Below are positions 1-10,200 of a DNA stretch of 29,717 nt, piece after piece. The translations under genes and the position numbers were made by a program. The notes beneath the pieces are model-generated. The model had not been told where the DNA came from. It saw only the letters and a program-made list of their open reading frames with translations, and did no database searches. The DNA is from Elusimicrobiota bacterium (GTDB taxonomy: Bacteria; Elusimicrobiota; Elusimicrobia; FEN-1173): the NCBI GenBank assembly GCA_003158755.1, contig PMLF01000345.1:2041-31757 (forward strand), read 5' to 3'. Position 1 is the stretch's first letter, and each line of letters starts with the position of its first letter.

Positions 1-74
1 GCCGGGGTCCAGGGTTTGAAACGGTTTTTTGAAACAAGTTTTTCAGCCTAGACCCCGACTTTCGCCGGGGTGAC
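1..74. repeat. Inverted pair of REP-like palindromes (GTCACCCCGGCGAAAGCCGGGGTCCAG type); first copy cut by the window edge
   Basis: 48-74 reads GTCACCCCGGCGAAAGTCGGGGTCTAG on the minus strand (stem with GAAA loop). 1-12 GCCGGGGTCCAG is the 3' end of an oppositely oriented copy. Confidence 0.7.
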
Positions 75-95
75 TAAATATATGGACCTTGCCTC

Positions 96-929
96 TCATG
101 GGTATAACCTCTTTTGGATTTGTTCCAATCCTTCGACGATCCTTGGGCCTGGACGGAGGATCAGGCTGGGATCTATGTCATCATATATCCGGTGATTCAG
201 GACGGCGGGGACTTGGGACCAACCGAGGCGATTCAGGACGCGGTCCTCACCGCCTGGATAGGTCAAGATCACGCAGTCCGGTCGTCCTTGGAGGACTTCC
301 TCGGCCGTGAAAAAGCTGTAGGGCCTGGGCGCGCCGGAAGCGATGTTGACGCCTCCTGCCAACCGGACCAATTCGTCGACGAAAGAACCATTCCCCGCGG
401 TCATGAGCGGCGTGTGCCAGACCTCGACGAAAACCTTGGGCCGCCGCTCCTCGGGGATGGTCCGAGTGCGGGCGGTCACTTGTTCGACCCGCCGTTTCAT
501 TTGTTCCACCAGGGCCGATGCTTCCTTTTCCCGGCCCGTGAGGCGGCCGATTTCTTCGATGGAATCGTAGAGGCCGATCAGGTCGGCCGGATCGCTCACG
601 ACGACGCGGAGCTTGAGCCGTCGAAGGGCATTCACCGCGGGAGCCTGCTCGTGTCCCGTTCCGAATACGACGTCGGGCTTTAGGAGCAGAATCTTTTCGG
701 CGTCGGGGCGGCTGAACGTACCGACTTTCGCTTTGGTCCGCGCCTGGAGCGGATGGTCGCAATAGAGGCTCACGCCGACGACCTCTTGATCCAGGCCCAG
801 GGCGAACAGGATCTCCGTCGTGGCGGGGGCAAGGGAGACGATACGTAATGCGGCCCGACAGGGGGAAAATAGAAATAGGAAAGCGGCCGCGACTAAGGAC
901 CTATACAATTTACCCACCCTACCGCTCAT
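96..929 (-). CDS. btuF: Cobalamin ABC transporter periplasmic binding protein (BtuF-like); alternative TTG start at 908
   Basis: IVSLAPATTEILFALG, VVGVSLYCDHP and EKILLLKPD motifs of BtuF/helical-backbone metal receptors; downstream of a btuB-like gene and a B12 riboswitch. Confidence 0.85.
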   Translation of the reverse strand: MSGRVGKLYRSLVAAAFLFLFSPCRAALRIVSLAPATTEILFALGLDQEVVGVSLYCDHPLQARTKAKVGTFSRPDAEKILLLKPDVVFGTGHEQAPAVNALRRLKLRVVVSDPADLIGLYDSIEEIGRLTGREKEASALVEQMKRRVEQVTARTRTIPEERRPKVFVEVWHTPLMTAGNGSFVDELVRLAGGVNIASGAPRPYSFFTAEEVLQGRPDCVILTYPGGEDRVLNRLGWSQVPAVLNHRIYDDIDPSLILRPGPRIVEGLEQIQKRLYP

Positions 930-1024
930 GTTTCCTTCGACAAGCTCAGGATGAGCGGCGTTGTCGAAGCATGAGCTTTCGCCGCGGAAAGCCGTTCACC
1001 CTTCGACAAGCTCAGGGTGAGCGG
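922..1024. repeat. Cluster of CTTCGACAAGCTCAG-core palindromes (two full hairpins plus one inverted partial copy)
   Basis: 922-958 CCGCTCAT(GTTT)CCT-TCGACAAGCTC-AGGATGAGCGG; 992-1024 CCGTTCACCCT-TCGACAAGCTC-AGGGTGAGCGG; inverted partial TTGTCGAAGCATGAGC at 961-976. A near-identical copy lies at 7179-7211. Confidence 0.85.
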
Positions 1025-1059
1025 GTTTTTCTGGTGAAGTTCTAAAAACCTTCGGATAT

Positions 1060-2925
1060 TCATCGGAAGAACCTTATGGATAGGCCGCCCCAGAAAGTGC
1101 GGCCGGGGAGGGGATATCCGTTCAATTCCACATATCTTCTGTCCGCTATGTTCTCCAACCGGAAATAGAGTTCCGCTTCGTGGATCCTTTTCGACAACCG
1201 CGCGTCCCACACCCAATAGGAAGGCAGGCGGGTTCCGGTTTCGCCGTTGCCCGCGAAACAGCGGCTGGTGAAACGCGCCGTGGTGGAAAAAGCGAAGGCG
1301 AAGGGGAGGGGGCCTTCCAGCGTCAAACGCCCCGAATGCCGGGGGGAGTAGGACAACGTCCGGAGAGTCGACTCGCCGTCCGTCGCCCCTTCGTTCAACA
1401 GATAGGTGTAGTTGATCGATTGGCGCCATGGCCCGACTTCCCGGCGAACCTCCGTTTCGACGCCTTGGCGGATGACGCGGCCGATGTTGACTTCGGTGTC
1501 GAAGGTCACCGGTTTGGTCTGGATCAAGTCCGTCACTTCCGCCCGGAACAGGTTGGCGGATAGGACGATGGGTCCGGCTGTTTTCTGCGCGCCCGCTTCA
1601 TACGTCCAGGCGCGCTCCGGTTTGAGGTTCGGGTTGCCGGAATAGGAAAAATAGTTGTCGTGATATTGACCGAAGAGATCGTCCAAAGTCGGTGCGCGGA
1701 AGGACCGCGAAACGCCGGCCGACAATTTCACGCCGGAATTCGGGGAATGGACGACGAGCAACCGGGGGCTGATCCCGCCGTTGAACCTCGAGGACCGGTC
1801 GCTGCGAAGGTTCGAGACCACGGTCCATTTGTCCGCTTCCACGGTGGATTGGGCGAAAACGTTCCAACCGGCGATCCCGTGGGAATAGCCGTTGGCGGCG
1901 TTCAAATGGTCCCGGTTGTCGACCCGGTCCCCCTGGGTTCCCCCGCCCAACGAAAACCCTTTCGGCCCGTCCCATTCCCCTTCGAGCCCTTGGGTCCATT
2001 CGTCGCGAAGCGTGTCCACCGCCGAATCGGGGTCCGTGTTCACCAGGGATTTTCCCGACGCGTAGGCCTGAAGCGACGTCCGGCCAAGGTCGCCCAGGGC
2101 GAGGGTGTGGCGGAGACGGACGAAGTCGGTTTCGGTTTCTTGGAGGTTGTGCGGCGAGGTCGCGGCCCGTTCTTTTTTTCCGTCGAACAGGGATGGGTCG
2201 AGGGCCAGGAAGCCCGGGACTCCCAAATGGGCCTCGGTGAGCCCTCCCTGAAGGTCCACTCGTCCGCCGCTCTTGAAGTCCCGGGACAGCGTGGATTGAA
2301 GCGTGGTCGCGTCGTAGGCGGAGTTGTCCCGGAATCCGTCGGTCTTGACGCGGCTCGCTCCGATGATCCCGGACGAGGGGCCCGAACCCCCGGAAAGCGC
2401 GGCGTCGGCGGAGTGTGTGGCGAACGAACCGGTCTCCGCCTTCGCTTCGAGCAAGGGGACCGAAACGACCGGGCGCTTGGTGATGACGTTGATCACACCC
2501 CCGAGCGCGTTGGCGCCGAAGACGGCGGAGCTTCCGCCCCGCACGATCTCGATCCGCTCGACGGATTCCAAAGGGATCAACGACAAATCCGGCAGGCCGA
2601 ACGCCCCGTTCAAGGGGCGCCCGTCCATCAACACCAGCACTTGATCCGTTGACGACCCCCGCACCTGGACCATTTCCAGGCCGCCCAAGGCGCCGTAAGA
2701 CCGGATCTGCGTCGAAGGGGAACCCTCGAGGGCTTCGCCGACGTTCCGCGCTCCGGATCGACGCAGTTCGTCGGAAGTGATGACGCTGGTTTGGATCGGC
2801 AAGCGGTCCGAGGTTTCGGCCTTGCGGGTGAGGGAAAGGAATACCGGCGCGCCGGATTCCTCCGAGTCGGCGCGGACGAACGGCGATGAAGCGGCGAGCA
2901 GGGCGAGCAGGATGAATCGTTTCAT
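1060..2925 (-). CDS. btuB: TonB-dependent receptor, BtuB-like (vitamin B12)
   Basis: Signal peptide; plug motifs (VITSDELRRSG, QVRGSSTDQVLVLMDGRP, IERIEIVRGGSSAVFGANALGGVINVIT); barrel motifs (SFRAPTLDDL, GNPNLKPE); C-terminal Phe; preceded by a cobalamin riboswitch. Confidence 0.85.
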   Translation of the reverse strand: MKRFILLALLAASSPFVRADSEESGAPVFLSLTRKAETSDRLPIQTSVITSDELRRSGARNVGEALEGSPSTQIRSYGALGGLEMVQVRGSSTDQVLVLMDGRPLNGAFGLPDLSLIPLESVERIEIVRGGSSAVFGANALGGVINVITKRPVVSVPLLEAKAETGSFATHSADAALSGGSGPSSGIIGASRVKTDGFRDNSAYDATTLQSTLSRDFKSGGRVDLQGGLTEAHLGVPGFLALDPSLFDGKKERAATSPHNLQETETDFVRLRHTLALGDLGRTSLQAYASGKSLVNTDPDSAVDTLRDEWTQGLEGEWDGPKGFSLGGGTQGDRVDNRDHLNAANGYSHGIAGWNVFAQSTVEADKWTVVSNLRSDRSSRFNGGISPRLLVVHSPNSGVKLSAGVSRSFRAPTLDDLFGQYHDNYFSYSGNPNLKPERAWTYEAGAQKTAGPIVLSANLFRAEVTDLIQTKPVTFDTEVNIGRVIRQGVETEVRREVGPWRQSINYTYLLNEGATDGESTLRTLSYSPRHSGRLTLEGPLPFAFAFSTTARFTSRCFAGNGETGTRLPSYWVWDARLSKRIHEAELYFRLENIADRRYVELNGYPLPGRTFWGGLSIRFFR

Positions 2926-2970
2926 TTAGGTCCTACGATCTACGATGGCCGACGGGAGAGAGGAGAGAAT

Positions 2971-3005
2971 AAAAAAACCAACGGGGCGGGAATCGACCGT
3001 TGGTT
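2971..3005 (-). terminator. Intrinsic terminator forming the riboswitch expression platform
   Basis: Minus strand AACCAACGG-tcgattcccgcc-CCGTTGGTT followed by a T run, between the aptamer and the btuB start. Confidence 0.85.
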
Positions 3006-3016
3006 CATCTTCTTTG

Positions 3017-3130
3017 CCTTCCCGCGAAGGACTTCGTTTTATATTCCCGGAACCATCGACCGGACTTAGGATCTCGAAGATCCATCACCGTTGCGGGGCA
3101 GCGCCGGATTCTCACCGGCTTCCTTGGTTC
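3017..3130 (-). ncRNA. Cobalamin riboswitch (compact form)
   Basis: Minus strand GAACCA-AGGAAGCCGGTGAGAATCCGGCGCTGCCCCGCAACGGTG...AAGTCCG...TGGTTC contains the conserved B12-element core. The downstream hairpin CCTTCGCGGGAAGG has a GCGGG complementary to the CCCGC of the L5 loop (kissing loop). Confidence 0.92.
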
Positions 3131-3152
3131 ATGGGTATGAGCTACGGGTGGG

Positions 3153-3181
3153 ACTTTAATCGATGCAGGGGGAAGTGTCAA
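3153..3181 (-). promoter_or_regulatory. Sigma70-type promoter for the riboswitch-btuB-btuF transcript
   Basis: Minus strand TTGACA (3181-3176), 17 nt, TAAAGT (3158-3153), just upstream of the aptamer. Confidence 0.75.
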
Positions 3182-3220
3182 GGCCCGGCACCGGAAAACA
3201 ATTCCGGGCGCGACCTGTTG

Positions 3221-3246
3221 GGGGCGGGTCTTAGACCCGCCCCTAC
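3221..3246 (-). repeat. GTAG-tagged REP-like palindrome, copy 1
   Basis: GGGGCGGGTC-TTA-GACCCGCCCC-TAC, which reads GTAG plus hairpin on the minus strand. Near-identical to 22692-22720. Confidence 0.8.
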
Positions 3247-3287
3247 GAGGAGACGACGAATCAACGAACCCATGATTTCTCCGGAAT

Positions 3288-3296
3288 TGTTAACAT
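3288..3296 (+). promoter_or_regulatory. Extended -10 element for prfB
   Basis: TG-T-TAACAT, 8 nt before ATG 3305; no SD upstream of that ATG. Confidence 0.5.
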
Positions 3297-3304
3297 CGGT
3301 TCCC

Positions 3305-4436
3305 ATGCAGAACTTGAAAGACCCACTCGATCAAACGAAGGCCGACCTGGATCGGCTGGGGAGGTTTCTTTGACGTGCCCGCCAAGCGGGAGAAACTGAA
3401 AGAGCTGGAAGCCCTCACCTCGCGTCCCGCGTTTTGGGACGATCCCCGCGAAGCCCAGAAAGTCATGAAAGAGACGAACGCGATCCGTTCCGACGTGGAG
3501 CTTTTCGACCGGTTGTCCTCGCGGTTGTCGGATTTGGTCGCCCTCCACGAAATGGCGCAGGAAGCCCAGGACGAAGGCGAGATCGCGAGCGTGTCTCGGG
3601 ATTTGGCGGAGCTTAAGAAACCCATCGAAGACCTCTCCACTCGAGCGAAGTTGTCCGGACCCGTGGACCGCAAGAACGCCATCGTCCTCCTGCACTCGGG
3701 CGCGGGCGGCACCGAGGCTTGCGATTGGGTGCAGATCCTTTTCCGGATGTACCAGCGCTGGGCCGAGTCCAAGGGGTTCGCTTGGGAAGTGGTGGACCTC
3801 CTCCCGGGAGAAGAGGCGGGGATCAAGCGGGTGACGTTCATGGTCAAGGGGGAGTTCGCCTACGGGTTGCTGCAATCCGAGGCGGGCGTCCACCGCCTGG
3901 TTCGGATCAGCCCTTTCGACGCGAACCAGCGGCGGCACACCAGTTTCGCCGCCTGCGACGTGTTGCCCGAACTGGACGAGGACGTGGCGATCGAAATCAA
4001 CGTGACGGATTTGAGGATCGACACGTACCGCGCCGGCGGCCACGGCGGGCAGTATGTCAACAAAACCGAATCCGCCGTTCGCATCACCCACCTTCCGACG
4101 GGAATCGTGGTCCAGAGCCAGAACGAACGGTCCCAGGGACAGAACCGGGAAATGTGCTACAAGATGTTGAAGGCCAAGCTCTACGACCGGGAGATGGAGA
4201 AGCAGCGGGCCCTGGCGGAGAAGCACTACGATTCCAAGGGCGACATCGCCTGGGGTCATCAGATCCGGTCCTACGTTTTCATGCCGTACCAGTTGGCGAA
4301 AGACATGCGGAGCGGATTTGAAAGCTCGCAGATTGAAGCGGTGATCAACGGGGATTTGGATCCGTTCCTCCACGCGTATCTGGAATGGAAGTTGTCGGGG
4401 CAGCCTCCGAGGCGTAGCGCGGCGGAGTTGGAATGA
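3305..4436 (+). CDS. prfB: Peptide chain release factor 2, made by a +1 programmed frameshift (3305-3370 joined to 3372-4436)
   Basis: RISPFD (SPF) and GGQ motifs, IAWGHQIRSYV; canonical slippery site. In-frame ATG 3272 is an alternative start. Confidence 0.97.
3358..3374 (+). promoter_or_regulatory. prfB +1 frameshift signal
   Basis: Internal SD GGGGAGG (3358-3364), TTT, CTT (3368-3370), TGA, C. Confidence 0.95.
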
Positions 4437-4463
4437 GGGGACATTGGTTTTCGCTGCGGTTCG

Positions 4464-4499
4464 CCCTCTCCCTACCCCTCCCCCGTGAACGGGGGAGGG
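4464..4499 (+). repeat. REP-like palindrome of the CCCTCTCCC-N-CCCTCCCCCG...CGGGGGAGGG type
   Basis: CCCTCTCCCTAC-CCCTCCCCCG-TGAA-CGGGGGAGGG, a 10-bp stem at 4476-4499 just after the prfB stop. Single copy in this window. Confidence 0.55.
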
Positions 4500-4581
4500 A
4501 AACAAGAGGCAGGCGGGAGAACCCCCTGGGGGAACTTCTTGGGATTAGGGTCGTTCCCTATAAATGGAAATGGAAAAGGGT

Positions 4582-4610
4582 TTGACAATGAATTTTTGGG
4601 AAGTTATGCT
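4582..4610 (+). promoter_or_regulatory. Sigma70-type promoter of clpC
   Basis: TTGACA (4582-4587), 17 nt, TATGCT (4605-4610), with an A-rich upstream tract. Confidence 0.8.
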
Positions 4611-4652
4611 TCTGGGGTAGGACCGGACCATCATCGACGGAAGGGGGATGTG

Positions 4653-7151
4653 ATGTCGAACCGTTTTACGGAACGCGCCCAGCGCGTCATCTTGATCGCT
4701 CAGGAAGAAGCCAAGAGGCTCAACCACGATTACGTGGGGACGGAACACCTGCTCCTGGGGCTCATCGCCTTGGGCGAAGGGGTGGCCGCGCAGGTCCTGG
4801 CCAACCTCGGCGTCGACCTTCGGCGCGTGCGAGCCGAGATCGAGAAGATCGTCGGAACCGGAGACAACGTGATGCTCCTGGGCGAGATCCCCTTCACGCC
4901 CCGGGCGAAAAAAGTTTTGGAGCTGGCCGTCGAAGAGGCCCAGAACATGGGCCACAACTACGTCGGCACCGAGCATTTGCTCTTGGGACTCATCCGCGAG
5001 GAAGAGGGCGTGGCCGCCCGCGTTCTCGAAAACATCGGCGTCCGCTTGGACGTGGTGCGCGAGGAAGTCATCAGCCTCCTGGGCGAAGGCCACCAAGGCG
5101 GCCCCGCCGCCCCGCCGGCTCAGCATGCCTCGTCCGGCACCGCTCCCACCAAATCGAAATCCAAGACGCCCACCTTGGACGAGTTCGGACGAGACCTGAC
5201 GTTGATGGCCCGGGAGGGGAAGTTGGACCCCGTCATCGGCCGCGAGACCGAGATCGAACGGCTCATCCAGATTTTATTGCGGCGAACCAAGAACAACCCC
5301 GTCCTGATCGGCGACCCCGGCGTCGGAAAAACCGCCATCGTGGAGGGACTGGCCCAGAAGCTGTCCTCCGACGACGCGCCGGAGCTGCTCTTGGGTAAGC
5401 GCGTCATGACCATGGACCTGGCCGCCGTCGTGGCCGGCACTAAATACCGCGGCGAGTTCGAGCAGCGCTTGAAAAACATCATGGATGAGATCCGCCGCGC
5501 CAAGAACACCATCATCCTTTTCATCGACGAACTGCACACCGTCATCGGCGCGGGAGCGGCGGAAGGCGCCATCGACGCCTCCAACATGCTGAAACCCTCC
5601 CTGTCCCGGGGCGAGCTCCAGTGCATCGGCGCGACGACCTTGGACGAATACCGGAAATACATCGAGCACGACGCCGCCTTGGAGCGGCGCTTCCAGCCCA
5701 TCATCGTGGACCCTCCGTCCGTCGAGGACACGGTGCGCATTCTGCACGGGCTTAAGGAGCGTTACGAGAGCCACCACAAGATCAAATATTCCGACGACGC
5801 CCTCGTCCAGGCCGCGGACCTGGCGGAACGCTACATCACCGACCGATTCCTGCCGGACAAGGCCATCGACCTGATCGACGAAGCCGGCTCCCGCGCCCGT
5901 CTGAAAGTGACCCAAAGGCCCCAGGACCTGAAAGACCGGGAACTGGAGATCGAGAAAGTCACGCAGGAAAAAGAATCCTCCATCTCCGCCCAGGAATACG
6001 AGAAGGCGGCCAAGCTCCGGGACAAAGAAAAAGAAATGAAAAAGAACCTGGAGGAGGAGCGGAAGAAATGGCGCGAGAAACGGGACGCCACCATCCCCAC
6101 CGTGACCGGCGAGGACATCGCCGGGGTCGTCTCCAAGTGGACGGGCATCCCCACCCAGAAGCTCACCGAGAAGGAGCAGGACAAGCTTCTCCATATGGAA
6201 GAAGAACTGCACCGGCGCGTGGTGGGCCAGCGGGAGGCGATCGTTTCCATTTCCCAGGCCATCCGTCGGAGCCGCACGGGCTTGAAAGACCCGAAGAAAC
6301 CCATCGGGAGCTTCATCTTCCTCGGCCCCACGGGCGTGGGGAAAACGGAACTGGGTCGGGCCCTGGCGGAGTTCCTCTTCGGCAACGAGGATTCCCTCAT
6401 CCGGATCGACATGTCCGAATACATGGAAAAGTTTTCCGTGTCCCGGCTCATCGGGGCGCCTCCGGGATACGTGGGATACGAAGAGGGCGGGCAGCTCACG
6501 GAAGCCGTCCGGCGCAAGCCGTACTCGGTGGTGCTCCTGGACGAGATCGAAAAAGCGCACCCCGACACGTTCAATATTTTATTGCAAATCATGGACGACG
6601 GCGTCTTGACCGACAACCTGGGGCATAAGGTCAACTTCAAGAACACAGTCATCATCCTGACGTCCAACGTGGGCGCGCGGCTGATCTCCAAGGGGAAATC
6701 CCTCGGGTTCCTGGTGGCCGACGACACGGTGGCCAAGGATTATCAGTCGATGAAGGAAATCGTAATGGAGGAGGTCAAGAAAGCCTTCAACCCCGAATTC
6801 CTGAATCGGCTGGACGACATCATCGTCTTCCATCCGCTGAGCCGCGACGAGAGCCGGACCATCCTCGACATCATGCTCTCCAAGGTGGAGAAGAAGATCG
6901 CCCTCCAGGGATTCAACATCCAGTTGACCAATGAGGCGAAGGACTTCCTGGTGGAAAAAGGGTTCGACCCTAATTTCGGGGCGCGGCCCCTTCAGAGGTC
7001 GATCCAGCGCCTCCTCGAGGACCCGTTGGCGGAGGACATCCTGTCCAAGAGGGTGGCGGCCGCTTCCACGGTCTACGTCGACTTTGACGCCGAAGCTAAA
7101 AAACTCGTCTTCTCCAGCGCCCCCATACAGAAACCCGTCAAGAGCGGGTGA
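4653..7151 (+). CDS. clpC: ATP-dependent Clp protease ATP-binding subunit ClpC (about 832 aa)
   Basis: [12 protein letters not shown] start with a G-rich SD; two Clp-N repeats; two AAA+ modules ([15 protein letters not shown] and [15 protein letters not shown]); UVR-type middle coil; LGF ClpP-docking loop. Confidence 0.95.
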   Translation: MSNRFTERAQRVILIAQEEAKRLNHDYVGTEHLLLGLIALGEGVAAQVLANLGVDLRRVRAEIEKIVGTGDNVMLLGEIPFTPRAKKVLELAVEEAQNMGHNYVGTEHLLLGLIREEEGVAARVLENIGVRLDVVREEVISLLGEGHQGGPAAPPAQHASSGTAPTKSKSKTPTLDEFGRDLTLMAREGKLDPVIGRETEIERLIQILLRRTKNNPVLIGDPGVGKTAIVEGLAQKLSSDDAPELLLGKRVMTMDLAAVVAGTKYRGEFEQRLKNIMDEIRRAKNTIILFIDELHTVIGAGAAEGAIDASNMLKPSLSRGELQCIGATTLDEYRKYIEHDAALERRFQPIIVDPPSVEDTVRILHGLKERYESHHKIKYSDDALVQAADLAERYITDRFLPDKAIDLIDEAGSRARLKVTQRPQDLKDRELEIEKVTQEKESSISAQEYEKAAKLRDKEKEMKKNLEEERKKWREKRDATIPTVTGEDIAGVVSKWTGIPTQKLTEKEQDKLLHMEEELHRRVVGQREAIVSISQAIRRSRTGLKDPKKPIGSFIFLGPTGVGKTELGRALAEFLFGNEDSLIRIDMSEYMEKFSVSRLIGAPPGYVGYEEGGQLTEAVRRKPYSVVLLDEIEKAHPDTFNILLQIMDDGVLTDNLGHKVNFKNTVIILTSNVGARLISKGKSLGFLVADDTVAKDYQSMKEIVMEEVKKAFNPEFLNRLDDIIVFHPLSRDESRTILDIMLSKVEKKIALQGFNIQLTNEAKDFLVEKGFDPNFGARPLQRSIQRLLEDPLAEDILSKRVAAASTVYVDFDAEAKKLVFSSAPIQKPVKSG

Positions 7152-7178
7152 ATGAGTTAAGAGCCTATTCTGAAATCC

Positions 7179-7211
7179 CCGCTCACCCTTCGACAAGCTC
7201 AGGGTGAGCGG
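7179..7211. repeat. CTTCGACAAGCTCAG-core palindrome (perfect 11-bp stem)
   Basis: CCGCTCACCCT-TCGACAAGCTC-AGGGTGAGCGG; 1 mismatch to 992-1024. Confidence 0.85.
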
Positions 7212-7258
7212 ACTTATCTAGGGCATTATTTTCGCGGGCTTTAATAATCCCACCTTTC

Positions 7259-10200
7259 ATGCGAAGGCGCCTCTGGTTACTCATCTTGGTTTTATCGTCG
7301 GCGGCCCTAGGGGTATCCTGGGTCCTTTGGGGCGTTCCACGCGCGGAAAAGTTCCTTTACCCCAAAGTCAAAAAAATCCTGACTTCCCGCTTGCATCGGC
7401 CGGTACGCTTGGACGGAGTCCGGCTGAACCCGCTCCTCCTTTCGATCACGCTTGAAAACCTCCGCGTCCCCGCCGGAACCGGGCCGGACGCGCCGGAACT
7501 CTTCGCCTGCCGCCGATGGACCCTTTTCCTGACTCCCATCCACCGTTCACGCCAGTTTCCATGGTTTTCGCTTTCCATCGGCAAATCCACTTTTGACGTC
7601 CCCGTCCTCCACCTCGACGCCCTGCCGCCGTCCGCCGGGGGGAAACTTTTCCCGGGCGGCTTTCCCATTTTTCCGGCGCACCGGTTGGAATGGTCGAACG
7701 GCTCGATCCATTTTCCCGCCTACGAAAAATTCCCCTCCTTTACCTTGTCCAAATGCGAGGGCACCGCGGTCGTCACCAACGCCGATGCTTCCGTGGACGT
7801 GAACGGCGTCACGCCGTGGGGTCCGCTCCTCTCGGCCGGACGGTTGGAAGTGGCCTCCATTTTCAACCGGTCCGAAGGACTCCAATGGAAGGTCCTTGTT
7901 TCCTTGCCGGAAGGACGCCTGGAGGAATGGCTTCCGCTCCTGCCCGCCGCCGTCCCCGGACGAGGGGAAGGGACGGTCGGCTTGACGTTGACGATGCAGG
8001 GCGGGTCCCAAAAATCGGGCGTCGACCGCTGGGGTTTGGACGCGGACTTCAAGAAGGCCTCCTGGACCTTTGACCGCCGGCCCTGGCCCTTGTCCGGACG
8101 GTTGAGGTTCGCCTCCGACGAGGTCGCGACGGACGGATTCGCGTTGGGCCCGCTGAAGATCAGCGGGAAGGCGACGAACCCCTGGAAATCTCCGAGGATG
8201 GACGCCTCGCTCGTCGTCGACGACCTCCCTCTGGACGACCTTCGGATGCGCCTGCCTTGGAAACCTCTTTCCGCCTTGCCATGGAGAGGGAAGGCGTCCC
8301 TGACGGCCTCGATCAAAGGATCCCTTGAACGGCCCGACCTGAGGGTTTCCTTTAAGGCCGAAAACGCCGGGGCGGGACCGCTGGTCCTGCCGGGATTGAA
8401 GGCGACGCTGACCACCAAAACGGACCGGTTCATCTTGGACGCCTTTCTGGCGGGAGGCCGGATCCATGCCGAAGCCAAACGGACGGCGCAAAACCCGTGG
8501 CCTTCGTCCGATTGGGAGGGGCACGCGGAGTCCTTATCCTTGGACGCCCTCGCGGCCGCCGGGAAATGGGGAAAGGTCGGAGGATCCCTTAACGGGAACT
8601 TCGCCTTGCGCCGGGAACCGGTCTCCGGCGAGCCCTTGGCCGGCGGCGTCCTGCGCCTGGAGCGCCCCGCTTGGGGAGATTACCGCCTCGACGAAACCGT
8701 CATCGCCTATTTCTCCTGGCGGAACGACGCCATCCGGTTCCACAACAAGAGCGATACCCTGGACGTCTTGGTGCGGAGGACGCTCGCCGGTTGGAACCTC
8801 GAACGACTTTCCTACACCCGCGCGGACGGAATGGCCTTGTCCGGAGAAGGAAGCATCGATGGTTCGGAGAAGAACGTCTCGTTCAAGGCTTCCTTGCGCC
8901 AAGCGTCGCTGAGAGACATCCCCGTCCTTTTGGAAAGGTTTCCCGACGTGGAAGGGCGGTGGCAAGCCGACGTTTCCGCCGAGGGGACCCTGGCCGCTCC
9001 CCGAATCTCCTTATTCTTCGAGGGAAGCGGAGCCCGCCTCCGGAGAGACGCCGAGGCCCATTCCTTCCGCGGCCGGGCGCGATGGGAGAGCGCCTCCTTT
9101 TCCCTCGACGAACTTCGGCTGGACGACGCATGGAAGGCCGCGGCGGTCCGATCCTCGGACGGCCAATGGTTGGTGAACGTCACCGCCGACGGCGCCGACG
9201 CGGCTCTTTTCCGCGAAATCTCCCGGTCCAGCGCGCCGGTTTCCGGACGGTTTAGCGCGAGCCTCTCGGCGTCCGGCGGCGGGGACGTCCCCTGGGAAGG
9301 GTCTCTCCGTTCGAAGGCGACCGATCTTCGTTGGGAGAGCCGCTCCGTTTCCTCCGCGGTCTTGCGGGCCGATTGGGGAAAGGACCGCATCCGCGTCGGC
9401 GAGTTCTCCGTCGCCTTCGCGTCCCGATCCTTCTCCTACGACGGAGAGTTCCTCCGCCGGTCGCCGTCCGAGTGGACCTTGTCCGTCGAGGGGCCGGGGA
9501 TCGAGCGCGCCGAGGGCCTCGCTCGCCTCGGCGACGGAACCCTTTCCGTCCGAGGCGTGAAACTCGGCGATGGGATGGTCTTCGACGGATATTTGGATTT
9601 GCCCCGCAAGTTCATCCGGGCCGGACTGAGGGGAGAAAAGGTGCAGGCGTCCGCCCTCGCCCGACGGACGGGAACCGATTGGCCCCGACGTCTGGGCGGG
9701 TCCTTGAGCGGCGAGGCGAAGATGGAAGGGCCTTTCTCCTCCCCCGCGTTTTCCTTGGCGTTCGACTGGTCGGACGCCCGGTGGAGGGAGGTTCCCCTTA
9801 TGCTTTCTTTCCGAGGAGGATGGGCGGGGGGGCCTTTACGCGTCGATCAGGCGCTGTTCACGACGCCCGACGGGGGACGCCTCGAATGCCGCGGCGCCGT
9901 CTCGGGCAACGAGGAGGACCCTCTTACCTTGTCCATCGAAGCCTCGGGTCTCCCGGCGACCGCGGCGGGCTTTCTTTCCGGAGGGACCTGGGGCGGAGAA
10001 GCGGTCCTGGAAGGGAGCCGTCGGAACCCGCAAGGCCGGTTTTCGATGAAAGCCGCGGGCGTGCGCTTCGACGACCGGCCCCCCGTCACCGCGCGTCTGG
10101 CGGGGTCCCTGAGGGGAGGAACGCTGATCGTCGAGGGGGCGGAAGCGTTCAACGGCGAAAGCCGCTGGACCCTGCGGCCGAAGAGCTTCCTCCGTTTCGT

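Noticed and set aside
922-1024. Possible CRISPR array
   Set aside because: Only 2-3 units in mixed orientation, no regular unique spacers and no cas genes; fits REP-like palindromes.
926-1429. 167-aa minus ORF and 848-1045 plus ORF
   Set aside because: Overlap btuB/btuF and translate through the palindromic repeats; spurious.
2945-3373. 142-aa ORF as a separate gene
   Set aside because: Only the last 22-33 codons are real (prfB frame 0); the rest is antisense to the riboswitch.
4485-4652. Extended starts in the ORF track (clpC 4485, bamA 12513, wza 16012, GT-C 21282, MEMO1 22442, nspC 27802)
   Set aside because: They run through promoters, repeats or neighbouring genes. Downstream starts fit SD or overlap signals and family N-termini better.
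4500-4652. CtsR or CIRCE operator upstream of clpC
   Set aside because: No GGTCAAA direct repeat or TTAGCACTC inverted repeat is visible.
3261-6736. Long antisense ORFs over prfB and clpC (3261-4505, 5274-6560, 5831-6736)
   Set aside because: Shadow frames of strongly conserved genes in GC-rich DNA, with no recognisable motifs.
7155-7240. MITE or IS end around the 7179 palindrome
   Set aside because: No convincing terminal inverted repeats or target-site duplication.
7243-7261. Leaderless promoter for tamB (AATAAT, 10 nt, ATG)
   Set aside because: Weak -10 and no -35 or extended TG; not enough support.
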